DNA from: Haliotis cracherodii
Lineage: Eukaryota
DNA: 64,000 nucleotides
Direction of reading: 5' to 3'
Assembly: GCF_022045235.1 (NCBI RefSeq)
Contig: NW_027266276.1
Span: 496,001 to 560,000 of the forward strand
Part shown: positions 37,794 to 50,821 of the stretch, piece by piece
Layout of the letters: each line of letters begins with the position of its first letter
Numbering within the stretch: the first letter of the stretch is position 1
Position numbers and translations under genes: made by a program
Notes under the pieces: model-generated
Told to the model about the DNA's origin: nothing
The model's input: only the letters and a program-made list of their open reading frames with translations
Databases searched by the model: none

Positions 37794-38572
37794 GGAACTG
37801 CTTGATTGTGACTGTCGTGTATGGGCGTGAGAAATGTTGGCATAATGCCATTGTGGTTACGACAAATTGTACAGTTAGGTGACAGTGAAATGTTTTAATT
37901 AGTCATAAGTCCACATCTTGTATGACACGCTTAAGATGTGATGCGAAATAGGTTTTAAGGTCGCGTTCACGATACTTTCACTTCCATTGAGACATGCAGA
38001 CATGTGTGCGCGTGGCTGCTTGTACTAGCCCGGACGTATGCCTGTTTGATAGTGCCAGAACACCGAGATACCATGCCGCAGTTTAACATGGATACCCACT
38101 GAGACACACTGTGTTAACTTATAGCTGGCCAGTCCTTGTTTTATCTTCTTAAGGCCGACCGCTAGACAAGGTAACAACGAATACCATCGTCTAAGGTCTT
38201 GTGTGACGTTGCCAGGAAAATATGCATGTTTAAATGATGTATTGTAAATTAAACTACACTCGCATTAATTTGGTGACGCATTAATTTCACGAGTAGCATG
38301 CTTCATGTTGCAGAGGTCATTTGATTGAATCATGGCTAGCTACCTCGCATTCATGTTTGAATTAACACTCTACGTTCATGTGGGTGTTTTTGAATCCTAT
38401 ACCTGAAACCGGCTATAGGCTTATTTTGTGGAGAGATTTACAATTTAATGATATAGCATAAAGTCGGTGTACGATTCGGACTACACCATATGTTTATGAT
38501 TCACTATCAATCGGTGAGGTTATCAGGTGACCGCTAAATGTCTTCTGTAACAGTCACAGGGGATTTAAAATC

Positions 38573-38637
<65 letters not shown>

Positions 38638-38699
38638 GGATATTTAGTTTTCCAAAATTGACGTGATCACAGTTACTATATTTTTTCCTATTTATTTTC

Positions 38700-38960
38700 A
38701 ATAGTCAACTTTCCCAGTAAGGTCGAGTTATATTCCTGCAGCTCCAGCCTTTGGTCTTTTCAATTAACAACTTTTGAGGTGAAAAAGAGCATGCTTTTTC
38801 TGCAATGATTTCAAAGAGTGTCATACGGTACTTGCTCAAATGTGGTTTGATCAAGGTGACAACATTCAAGGCCTCAGTAAAGCTTTCAATTTTTTTTTAT
38901 GGTAGGCATATGGAGGACAAATCCAAATGTAACGCATCAGTGACAAAAAAGATGTCCGAT
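38700..38960 (+). mobile_element. Penelope-like retroelement RT C-terminal remnant in intron 1 of copy 6 (paralog ~50270-50530)
   Basis: Degenerate match to the IVNFP..SSNIPAAPA motif, seen more clearly at 48361. Confidence 0.5.
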
Positions 38961-39151
38961 TTTCCTATGTTTGAGCTTTTCGCGACTACCTTGTATCATA
39001 TCTATTTGACAGTGATTCATAACAATGCTTCTGATGTGGTCGAAATCGAACAATCGACTCTGCTTTTGGCGGAGACTTGTTATGGAGATGTAAATTGTAG
39101 TGACGTGTGTTGTGTTGTGTTTTTCAGGTAGAACATAAACCACAAATCACA

Positions 39152-40501
39152 ATGAAGGTCGCCATCTTCCTGCTCTGTCTCCTGCCTCTGGCCTTTGCCG
39201 AAAAGAAAGCCCTGCTGGGAGGCAGTGAGTGTCGTGACTCTGATACTATTTGTCATGTGCACTGTTATTTACAGTCTCAAATTATACTGNNNNNNNNNNN
39301 NNNNNNNNNNNNNNNNNNNNNNNNNNNNNNNNNNNNNNNNNNNNNNNNNNNNNNNNNNNNNNNNNNNNNNNNNNNNNNNNNNNNNNNNNNNNNNNNNNNN
39401 NNNNNNNNNNNNNNNNNNNNNNNNNNNNNNNNNNNNNNNNNNNNNNNNNNNNNNNNNNNNNNNNGTTTAATCAAATCTAAATTATTTTGTCTTTTAAGTT
39501 CTGGACGGAGGCGAAATCCACAAACTCGTCAGTTCCGTAATTGAGAAGTTTGGCAGTGATGCTACCGAGACAGAGTGTGAAAAGGAGTGCACCACCCTCT
39601 TCACCAACGATATCATCGACCTCGGTTGCGACTTCGCCTGCAAGGGGTAAGTCATAGTTTTGCATTAATTCTACAGAATGAATGAATGGGTGAACCAAAG
39701 GGGGCATGCCTAGGTTTGGGATTCAAATCTGGGATGATTCTCAATGTGGTGTAACCTTGTGTTAGAAAAACATATGAGGCTGCACGGTGTTACAATGACC
39801 ATCTGTCATCTGCCGCAGTTGTTAACACTGCTCAGTAACACCTAACAAGGAGGGCACGGGTGGCCCAGTCGTCTAAGGCGCCGAGATTTGGTGTGCAGAG
39901 TTGCGTCCCTTTGGCACGCCAGAAACCTATGATTGTTGGTTCGAATCCCGGTTCGCCCCGATTATGTTTCTAGATTTGTCAGCGACATTCCGAGATATAA
40001 CTGGAGTACTGTTAAAAGCGGCGTTAAACCTAACTCACTCACTCAATAACACCTACGATGATATAGGTTGTTGCAATGTTGTGTGTCGTATATTTCATCA
40101 GCCTCCTGTAGTGCTACATATTGATGCTCTTTTGTTGCAATGACCTAAGTGAGTGAGTATGGCTTTACGCCGCTTTTAGCAATATTCCAGCAATATCACG
40201 GCGGGGGACACCAGAAATGGGCTTCACACATTGTACCCATGTCGGGAATCGAACCCGGGTCTTCGGCGTGACGAGCGAACGCTTTAACCACTAGGCTACC
40301 CGACCGCCCCTCAATGACCTAAGATTGAACTTCATGTTGCAATGATCGATAACCTTCTTTTCCAACTTTATGTTGCCTCATTATTGCTGTACATTTAGGT
40401 TATAACTTAACAAACCGCTTTTGAAAATTTGAATACTTTGTTACAGAATCCAAGGCCTTATTCAGAAGTTTCATCACAACTCTGCCCCTGCCACCAACTA
40501 G
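39152..40501 (+). CDS. Array copy 6: secreted twin-CX3C protein, 91 aa; exons 39152-39224, 39499-39646, 40447-40501
   Basis: MKVAIFLLCLLPLAFAEKKALLGGILDGGEIHKLVSSVIEKFGSDATETECEKECTTLFTNDIIDLGCDFACKGIQGLIQKFHHNSAPATN*; N-gap inside an intron (39290-39464). Confidence 0.86.
39853..40045 (+). mobile_element. SINE family D (long tRNA-like head) in the last intron of copy 6 (paralog 51622-51882)
   Basis: A box at 39861, B box GGTTCGAATCC at 39938, (CTCA)n tail; internally deleted. Confidence 0.75.
40150..40311 (-). mobile_element. Young SINE family A insertion in the last intron of copy 6
   Basis: 12-bp TSD CAATGACCTAAG (40138-40149 and 40312-40323); empty site at ~51974 in copy 7. Confidence 0.92.
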
Positions 40502-41565
40502 AGCACCTGTAACCAGTCATGAATAAAGTGTAACTCCTATAGCAAGTCTCTTGTTCTTTGCTATGGTATACTGAAGCACAATACAGTCACAGTGGATAAA
40601 ACGTGTTTCAACTTTCACAGGGCTACTATAAAGGGGTGGTGGGATAGCCTAGAAGTGTTCGCTTATCACATGGACGAACTTGGTGCGATTCCAGGTACTA
40701 CGTGAGAAGCCCATGTTCAGACTGTGCAGCACGGAAATGTCACATACGTGTGACCTTCGCGTTTGGAATACTGAAAAAGTGACATAAAATATTTCACCCA
40801 CTCACTGGTAGCCGTTCAGAACAATTAGATATGCATGCATGAGTCGGTGCAAGATAGTATCGCCCGCCTCACTCACTCACTCACTCACTCACTCACTCAC
40901 TCACTCACTCACTCTTAAAAGATGGAAATATCAATTTAAATATTTTTCCCGGACCGAGATCCTGGTTCTGGTCTTTTCAGGATCCATGTGTGATCAACTC
41001 CACTTGTCTCCTATATCCTCGGAAAGTATTTAATTTAACTTTTTTGTCAGAATTATTGTTAGTAGTGTTGATAAGGATTTAGTGGTACATTTCCTGGACC
41101 TACAAACTAATGTATCTTAGGAATATATGGATTCTTAATAAGAATGCATGTATAAAAACACCAGAGGATAAATTTCATTATCTGCCGAACCAGACTTCTT
41201 TGTTCTCAAAAGGCAAAACAGTGATGAGAGCAATATATGTGGTAACTCTCGCCACAGTTTGCATAAACAGTAAGCGTCTGTTGCCTTACGTCGTTCCAAG
41301 CAATAATCCTGATGAACGTCGGCGTCCTGTAAACATTGAAGTCTGGACCAGAGTTTCAGGTAATAGTGAATGGGGGCCAAACACTGTAGTGACACGATGT
41401 GTGTGGAATACTCCTCACGTGTTATAGAAATTCAACGATTACCTTGAAACAATTCATGATAGTCAGATATTTCCTTCTTCGGACAAAGAACTGGATTTTG
41501 TACGTTGGGTTAGTAGGTATCCATCACACTACCTTGCACAGATAGTTCATGACGATAGTATCCAT

Positions 41566-41835
41566 ATTTGTTTGTTTGTTTGCTGTTTAACGCCCCACTC
41601 AGCAATAGTCCAGCTATATGACGGCGGTCTCTAAATAATCGGAACTGGACCTGACAATCCAGTGATTGGCATCATGAGCATCGATCCACGCAAATGGGAT
41701 ACGATGTCATGCATCAACCAAGACAGCGTGCCTGACCACTCGATCCCGTTCGTCACCTCTTACGACAAGCATAGTCACCTTTTATGGCAAGCATGGGTTC
41801 CTGAAGACCTATTCTACACCGGATCTTCACGGGTC
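41566..41835 (-). mobile_element. SINE family B (duplicated at 53124-53393)
   Basis: 10-bp TSD TAGTATCCAT; (TTTG)n tail. Confidence 0.88.
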
Positions 41836-41961
41836 TAGTATCCATGTACGAGGGTTGGCGGAAAAGACTGACTGTGTTGGACTGTGTTGATGGAGTTGGC
41901 AATCCCATTACAATCAGATCTCAGTTCTCAGATCTAAACAAAACATGTCAGCACATCCGGG

Positions 41962-43940
41962 AGATGCAAGGTGCCTTAACCTTAAATGCAAGGTGCATTA
42001 ACCTAAAATGCAAGGTACCTTAACCTAAGATGCAAGGTGCCTTAATCTAAGATGCAAGGTGCTTTAACCTAAGCTGCAAAGTATGTAAATTTAAGATGCA
42101 AGGTGCTTTAACCTAAGATGCAAAATACGTAAACCTAAGATGCAAGATGCCTCAACCTAAGATGCAAGGTAACTTAGCCTAAGGCGCAGGTGCGTTTGTC
42201 TAAGATGCAAGGTGCCTTAACCTAAGATGCAAGGTGTCTTAACCTAAGATGCAAGGTGCCTTAACCTAAGATGCAAGGTGCCTTAACCTAAGATGCAAGG
42301 TGCCTTAACCTAAGATGCAAGGTGCCTCAACCTAAGATGTAAGGTACGTAAACCTAAGATGCAAGGTACGTAAACATAAGATTCAAGGTAAGAAAACCTA
42401 AGATGCAAGGTGCCTTAATCTAAGGTGCAAGGTGCTTTAACCTAAGCTGCAAAGTATGTAAATTTAAGATGCAAGGTGCTTTAACCTAAGATGCAAGGTA
42501 CGTAAACCTAAGATGCGAGGTACCTTAACTTAAGATGCAAGGTACATAAACCTAAGATGCTAGGTACGTAAACCTAAGATGCAAGGTACCTTAACCTAAG
42601 ATGCAAGGTACCTTAACCTAAGATGCAAGGTACCTTAACCTAAGATGCAAGGTACCTTAACCTATGATGCAATGTACGTAAACCGAAGATGCAAGGTACG
42701 TAAACCTAAGATGCAAGGTACCTTAACCTAAGATGCAAGGTACCTTAACCTAAGATGCAAGGTACCTTAACCTAAGATGCAAGGTACCCAAACCTAAGAT
42801 GCAAGGTACCTTAACCTATGATGCAAGGTACCTTAACCTAAGATGCAAGGTACCTTAACCTATGATGCAAGGTACCTTAACCTAAACTAAAATGCAAGGT
42901 ACATAAACCTATGATGCAAGGTACCTTAACCTATGATGCAAGGTACCTTAACCTAAGATGCAAGGTGCCTTAACCTATGATGCAAGGTACGTAAACCTAA
43001 GATGCAAGGTACCTCAACCTAAGATGCAAGGTACCTTAACCTATGATGCAAGGTACCTTAACCTAAGATGCAAGGTACCTTAACCTAAGCTAAGATGCAA
43101 GGTACGTAAACCTAAGATCCTAGGTACGTAAACCTAAGATGCAAGGTACCTTAACCTAAGATGCAAGGTACCTTAACCTAAGATGCAAGGTACCTTAACC
43201 TAAGATGCAAGGTACCTTAACCTATGATGCAATGTACGTAAACCGAAGATGCAAGGTACGTAAACCTAAGATGCAAGGTACCTTAACCTAAGATGCAAGG
43301 TACCTTAACCTAAGATGCAAGGTACCTTAACCTAAGATGCAAGGTACCCAAACCTAAGATGCAAGGTACCTTAACCTATGATGCAAGGTACCTTAACCTA
43401 AGATGCAAGGTACCTTAACCTATGATGCAAGGTACCTTAACCTAAACTAAGATGCAAGGTACATAAACCTATGATGCAAGGTACCTTAACCTATGATGCA
43501 AGGTACCTTAACCTAAGATGCAAGGTGCCTTAACCTATGATGCAAGGTACGTAAACCTAAGATGCAAGGTACATAAACCTAAGATGCAAGGTACCTTAAC
43601 CTATGATGCAAGGTACCTTAACCTAAGATGCAAGGTACCTTAACCTAAGCTAAGATGCAAGGTACCTTAACCTAAGCTATGATGCAAGGTACCTTAACCT
43701 ATGATGCAAGGTACCTTAACCTATGATGCAAGGTACCTTAACCTAAGATGCAAGGTGCCTTAACCTATGATGCAAGGTACCTTAACCTATGATGCAAGGT
43801 ACCTTAACCTAAGATGCAAGGTACCTTAACCTAAGATGCAAGGTACCTTAACCTAAGATGCAAGGTACGTAAACCTAAGATGCAAGGTACATAAACCTTA
43901 GATACAAGGGGTCTCAACCTAAGGCGCAAGGTACCTCAAC
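41962..43940. repeat. 22-bp satellite (AACCTAAGATGCAAGGT(A/G)CCTT)n, ~2 kb
   Basis: 22-bp period with internal higher-order duplication. Confidence 0.95.
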
Positions 43941-44019
43941 CTTGTGGTAAAGCTTCAAGCCGGAATTCACGTGAAGTTTCAGTTACACAGACAGGTACAA
44001 TGTTACAAAGACAGACACG

Positions 44020-45130
44020 GTGTTACACAGACTCAGATTTGCTGCAATGTTACACAGACTCAGATTTGCTGCAATGTTACACTGACTCAGATTAGGTGCA
44101 ATGTTACACAGACTCAGATTAGGTGCAATGTTACACAGACTCAGATTTGCTGCAATGTTACACAGACTCAGATTTGCTGCAATGTTACACAGACTCAGAT
44201 TAGGTGCAATGTTACACAAACTCAGATTTGCTGCAATGTTACACAGACTCAGATTTGCTGCAATGTTACACAGACTCAGATTTGCTGCAATGTTACACAG
44301 ACTCAGATTTGCTGCAATGTTACACAGACTCAGATTTGCTGCAATGTTACACAGACTCAGATTTGCTGCAATGTTACACAGACTCAGATTTGCTGCAATG
44401 TTACACAGACTCAGATTTGCTGCAATGTTACACTGACTCAGATTTGCTGCAATGTTACACAGACTCAGATTTGCTGCAATGTTACACAGACTCAGATTTG
44501 CTGCAATGTTACACTGACTCAGATTTGCTGCAATGTTACACAGACTCAGATTTGCTGCAATGTTACACAGACTCAGATTTGCTGCAATGTTACACAGACT
44601 CAGATTTGCTGCAATGTTACACTGACTCAGATTTGCTGCAATGTTACACAGACTCAGATTTGCTGCAATGTTACACAGACTCAGATTTGCTGCAATGTTA
44701 CACTGACTCAGATTTGCTGCAATGTTACACAGACTCAGATTTGCTGCAATGTTACACAGACTCAGATTTGCTGCAATGTTACACAGACTCAGATTTGCTG
44801 CAATGTTACACTGACTCAGATTAGGTGCAATGTTACACAGACTCAGATTTGCTGCAATGTTACACAAACTCAGATTTGCTGCAATGTTACACAGACTCAG
44901 ATTAGGTGCAATGTTACACAAACTCAGATTTGCTGCAATGTTACACAGACTCAGATTTGCTGCAATGTTACACAGACTCAGATTTGCTGCAATGTTACAC
45001 AGACTCAGATTTGCTGCAATGTTACACAGACTCAGATTTGCTGCAATGTTACACTGACTCAGATTTCTGCAATGTTACACAGACTCAGATTTGCTGCAAT
45101 CTTACACAGACTCAGATTTGTTGCAATGTT
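44020..45130. repeat. 27-bp minisatellite, highly homogeneous, ~41 units
   Basis: TGCAATGTTACACAGACTCAGATTTGC; explains the CNVTQTQIC ORFs. Confidence 0.96.
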
Positions 45131-46539
45131 GGATAACTGATCAACTGGCTGACTCATTGAAGCTAGGGAATGCAGTATTAGCTTGGAAAGAATGTTTAGA
45201 AATTCCGAGTGCAAAAAAACAATTTCAAGAGTCTGATATTTCCCTACTGCTGTGCGACGTTAAAAACAAACAAATGCTTACTTTTTTGTAGCGGGTTCTA
45301 CCTGTAGAGCAGGTCTTGCTAACCTTTTTGCGAACACCTGGTGCTATCACTGATATTTTCTGAACTGAGTCGAAGTTTTTGGAGATGGAGTCTCCGAGTT
45401 TCATCATAAACTCAGTAGCATTTGTAACTTATGCTGAGTAAACTTCAAAAACATCTTTGGGCTGAGACATTAAAATAATTTAATAACATAAAATAATAAA
45501 ATTTTCACAACTATTTTTCCATTTTTTGCAAAATGGAGTCTGTTTGGGCGGATAATCGAGACTGATTATTCCCTGGCGTTGACTTTGTATATTTGTAGAT
45601 GTTCCACCAATGCTTTTAAATAGAAGCCACAAAAACCCTTTCCATATCCATAAGAAATATCGATTGTACGATTCCGACTTAACGCTGAGCATGTGTAGAT
45701 ACCAGGTGTTCTGGAAAACCCAAGTTCATCACGATTGCATGTATGTACGAGGAGTGAAGGAAACGTTCTGAGCCTGACTATGTTGGACTGCGTCGATGAG
45801 TTGATTGTTAATTGTTTGTCAACATCCTCCCCTCGGAGGTACGCATGTCTGTCCACGATGCTGGAGTGCGTGAACAGCAAAAATAACGTCATCATCATTT
45901 GCATAGTGCTTGTCAAAACGTTTGTTCTTTAATTTAGGAAGAGGTTATAAATATGGCAGTGCCAAATCTGGTGAACAAGTAGGCTGTTCAATTAGGTCAA
46001 ATCCACAGGAATGCATTGCGGGTTACAGATTGGCACACAGTTACATTGTCCAGCTGAACAACACACATTTGGTGAGTTTTCCACGACGTTCAACCTTGAT
46101 AATCTCACGATAATCCCAAGGCAAAGTTGCATCATGTTGGCCATTGATGGAATGTTTCAGGAGGTAGTCCGCCAGTAAGATACCCTTGTACCCCTCCCCT
46201 CTCCTCCCACAATCCACCGCAGAAAGGAATAAAGAAAACAAACAAAAACACCGAAGCCATAACCTTGATAGGTTCTTCGGGGGACGATACTTCAGCGTAT
46301 TCTACTATCTTGACGCACCACATGTCAATAGCCACACCAGTTGGTTTCTCCCATGGGAGAGTTGAAAATAGCTGAAAAAAGTCATGTGAACTGGACCCTG
46401 TTGGTTTTGCTACTTTGTAACCATGGGTACGTCTTGGGTCGCTGACTGATAGCGGTTGACCCATAGATACAAGTCACTTTACAAAATCAGCTGGGTCTGC
46501 CACGTAAAATATCACGAGAGATGATGAACCTGGAGCAAA

Positions 46540-48026
46540 TATAATCAACAACAAAAGTTCCTGTGACACCAATATTTTAGTATATTTTTCAAACAAGTAA
46601 AGTTTGGTTATAAACAGTGTATCACATGTATGGAATCAAGTCACAAAAACGTAACTGCTACAGAAAAGCATCCATTCCATTCAAAAGTTGACTTTTATGC
46701 AAGCCCGATGCATTTCACTACCAAAGAATCGGTATAAAAACATGTGCTTTAACGGGATTCTATATGCATTGTTTAGCATCTTGCTGACAACAACCACTCA
46801 GAAAAACAACAAAATTACGCAATTATTCAACATTACGAAATGCCACGCCTGTCCGAAAATGAGCGTCTGCGAGCCATTGGTAGGCTTGAAGCAGGATCGA
46901 GTCAACGTGATGTTGCAAGACAATTTAACGTCCACAGAAACACCATTTGGTGTTTATGGCAACGTTGGCAACAGACGAATGCAGTCAGAGACCATCCTCG
47001 GAGTGGCAGGCAACGTGTAACCAATAATCGATAAAACAACTGGATTCGAACAACACACTACGAAATAGATTCTAGCCAGCAGCAGTGACTGCAAGAAGCA
47101 TCCCTGGCCTTCGACGAATATCTTCACAAACCGTACGTCGCCGCATCAGATGTGCAGGGATTGTCCTAAGAAGACCCGCCAGACGTCCCATTTTGACAGG
47201 AAACCACCGTCAAGTACGTCTAAAGTGGTGCAGACAGCGTCCACGCTGGATGGCCATGCAGTGGGGACAAGTTCTATTCACTAACGAGTCTCGTTTTCAC
47301 CTCAGCCACAGCGATGGACAGATTCGAGTGTACCGACGTCGAGGTGAACGTTACGTCCATCATTGTGTCGGGGGCGGCAGCGTTATGGTATGGGGTGGGA
47401 TTACAACAAGATAGAGGACCCGTTTGATAGTGGTAGAGGGAAATCTCAATGGACATTGCTACCGCGACGAGATCATCGGCTCTAATGTTCTACCGTTTTT
47501 GCGTCGTCATGGCCCAGGCATTACCCATCAGACAACGCCCGGACTCATATTGCTCGACTTGTTCAGGATTCTCTTCAACAAAACAACGTGAATGTCATCC
47601 CCTGGCCGGCTCGCTCCCCTGATCTCTCACCAATCGAGCACATGTGGGATGAGATGGATCGGCCCCTTTGACGTCAACCACGTGTTCCACAGACACTCCA
47701 GGAACTTTGAAACATGCTCCAGTAGATATGGACAGATATCCCACAGGACTTTGTGCGACGCCTGGTCCATTCCATGAGACGAAGATGTGTTGCTGGCATC
47801 GCATCCAGAGGTGGACACACTCGCTATAGATTTGTAAATTGACATTTTGGCATGTTCATGTTTTTAATGAAATCACGCATTTTCTGAAGTCAGTATGGCA
47901 AATTAAACTATTTGAACACTTACAGGAGTCTGTTATCTGTTGCAAACCGAAATTTGTTTCAGATTTGGTAATAAACTTTGCATTAAATCTTATTCAATGT
48001 CACAGGAACTTTTGTTGTTCAGAATA
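46540..48026 (+). mobile_element. Tc1 transposon with both TIRs, disrupted transposase (46840-47829)
   Basis: 22-bp TIR core AACAACAAAAGTTCCTGTGACA (46547-46568 and 47998-48019); Tc1 motifs with stops and frameshifts. Confidence 0.9.
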
Positions 48027-48291
48027 GATCAGCGTGCTGAAATACTTTGTGACAGAGCAGTAGATAATTTTGCCCCGTTTCATCAAAAGAATACCCTGCC
48101 TGGTGCCTGGTAGTGACTTTGGTTCAAATGCAGCCCGTAAGCCTGGAAAGTGTTGTACTTCATATATGCAAGGTGTAAAGAGTGTCTTATCCATCCTTCG
48201 AAGTTGGTTATTGTCCAAAGTTGGTAAAAAAAGGTAAAACTTACACAGAGCAAATAAAACTTTAAACATCCTCGAAGCCTTATTTTCAATT

Positions 48292-48740
48292 ACCTTCGTA
48301 TGAACAAGAAATGAACGAGACAGGTGAAACACTATTCAGAGTGACAAAAAACTCTCCAAGAGACTGTATGACAAAAGAGATGACTTCAACTTTCCCTTTA
48401 TGTCGAGCAATATTCCTGCAGCTCCAGCCTACATTTCAGAACCTTTGAGATACAATCGAGCATGCTCTTTCTACGAACGTTTTACAGAGCGCCATTCGGC
48501 TCTGGCTGAATAGTTGTTTGATCACGGATACAACACTCAAGGCCTCAATAAACTTTTAAAGTAGCTTGTGGAGGACGCTTCAAAATGTGACGTATCACTT
48601 ACCACAAATACAAATCCATGCTTTACGTGTACCATATTGTGTGGGTTTATTTTAGGTAAATATTTGACTTGCCGTTGTATGTGTTTCTGCGTGGGCCGAC
48701 TGTGGGGCAGGATAGGCTTACCTGTTTCCGAACACCTGGT
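48292..48740 (+). mobile_element. Penelope-like retroelement fragment
   Basis: From 48361: RLYDKRDDFNFPFMSSNIPAAPAYISEPLRYNRACSFYERF, resembling the C-terminal RT/thumb region of Penelope-like elements; not present in the paralogous unit near 37350. Confidence 0.7.
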
Positions 48741-49097
48741 ATCATCACTATTTAATAGTGATTCATATCATTTGTATATTCAGAATGGTTTAAAGGAAAT
48801 TTCTTATGGTCCCATGTAACAGCGACGTAGTTTAGTGTTGGGATCGCATTTTGGACTCTTTACGTTTAGCGAAATTTCTCATGATTATGTAAAGGGATTG
48901 TTGCTTTTTATTTAAAAGTCTTCGTCAAAGATATTTAACCGAGTTCATAATATTTCGTATGTTTCATAATCTAGTTGCGTGACACATGTTTTTTCTTGTT
49001 CGTTTCCCACAATAACGGCCTATTCACCCGATAACGCATGGAAATTTTTATCTTGACGTCCATTGGTTGCAGTGGTCACGTTATGCAAAGAAAAAAC

Positions 49098-49150
49098 TAT
49101 AAAAAGCGTAATAGTTTGTGAACTCATTCTCCTTGTCTCTTACGGTAAGT
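49098..49150 (+). promoter_or_regulatory. Copy 7 core promoter and non-coding exon 1 (49126-49144)
   Basis: TATAAAA at 49098, Inr TCATTC at 49124, donor ACG|GTAAGT. Confidence 0.72.
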
Positions 49151-49904
49151 GGAACTGCTTGATTGTGACTGTCGTGTGTGGGCGTGATAAATGTTAGCAT
49201 AATGCCATTGTAGTTACGACAAATTGTACAGTTAGGTGACAGTGAAATGTTTTAATTAGTCATAAGTCCACATCTTGTATGACACGCTTAAGATGTGATG
49301 CGAAATAGGTTTTATGGTCGCGTTCACGATACTTTCACTTCCATTGAGACATGCAGACATGTGTGCGCGTGGCTGCTTGTACTAGCCCGGACGTATGCCT
49401 GTTTGATAGTGCCAGAACACCGAGATACCATGCCGCAGTTTAACATGGATACCCACTGAGACACACTGTGTTAACTTATAGCTGGCCAGTCCTTGTTTTA
49501 TCTTCTTAAGGCCGACCGCTAGACAAGGTAACAACGAATACCATCGTCTAAGGTCTTGTGTGACGTTGCCAGGAAAATATGCATGTTTAAATGATGTACT
49601 GTAAATTAAACTACACTCGCATTAATTTGGTGACGCATTAATTTCACGAGTAGCATGTTTCATGTTGCAGAGGTCATTTGATTGAATCACGGCTAGCTAC
49701 CTCGCATTCATGTTTGAATTAACACTCTACGTTCATGTGGGTGTTTTTGAATCCTATACCTGAAACCGGCTATAGGCTTATTTTGTGGAGAGATTTACAA
49801 TTTAATGATATAGCATAAAGTCGGTGTACGATTCGGACTACACCATATGTTTATGATTCACTATCAATCGGTGAGTTTATCAGGTGACCGCTAAATGCCC
49901 CCCC

Positions 49905-49945
<41 letters not shown>

Positions 49946-50821
49946 AGACAAATCAATGCGCAGTCGTTCCAATCGATACTGATAGAAAAGTAACACTCCA
50001 TTAACATGGTATCAAATTTGAGATTGCCAAAAAGTATTCATATGGAGTAAAAAAACCGAAAGATTTTCGGGTTTCGAAACACGTTTAGTTTTCCAAAATA
50101 GATGTAGAAAGAATACAACAGACGCTGCACTCTCTGACTGAGCCTAATACGCAGTTATTACATCAAGATAATCTGGAGCACCTGGGACAGAGGTTCGTCG
50201 TAAGCACAGAAGGAAAATTAAGACAAATATTGACGTGATCACAGTTACTATATATTTTCCTATATATTTCCAATAGTCGACTTTCCCAGTAAGGTCGAGC
50301 AATATTCCTGCAGCTCCAGCCTTTGGTCTTTTCATTTAACAACTTTTGAGGTGAAAAAGAGCATGCTCTTTCTGTAAGATTTCAAAGAGTGTCATACGAC
50401 TATTGCTCAAATGTGGTTTAATCAAGGTGACAACATTCAAGGCCTCAGTAAAGCTTTCAAAACTTTTTATGGTAGTTATATGAAGGACATTTCCAGATTT
50501 AACGCATCAGTGACAAAACAAGATGTCCGAAACAAGTCCCTTTTTTTAATTGTACCATACTTTCCGGTGTTTCGTCATGTGAATGAATGGACTTGCCTTT
50601 GCATGTGATTGTGACCGAAGCCACCGGAGGGCAGGATACGCGAACCTTTTCCAGACTACCTTGTATCATATCTATTTGACAGTGATTCATAACCATGCTA
50701 CTGATGTGGTCGAAATCGAACAATCGACTCTGCTTTTGGCGGAGACTTGTTATGGAGATGTAAATTGTAGTGACGTGTGTTGTGTTGTGTTTTTCAGGTA
50801 GAACATAAACCACACATCACA

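Noticed and set aside
43944-45140. 398-aa (CNVTQTQIC)n ORF and the overlapping ORFs
   Set aside because: 27-bp satellite; a period divisible by 3 with no stops explains the ORFs.
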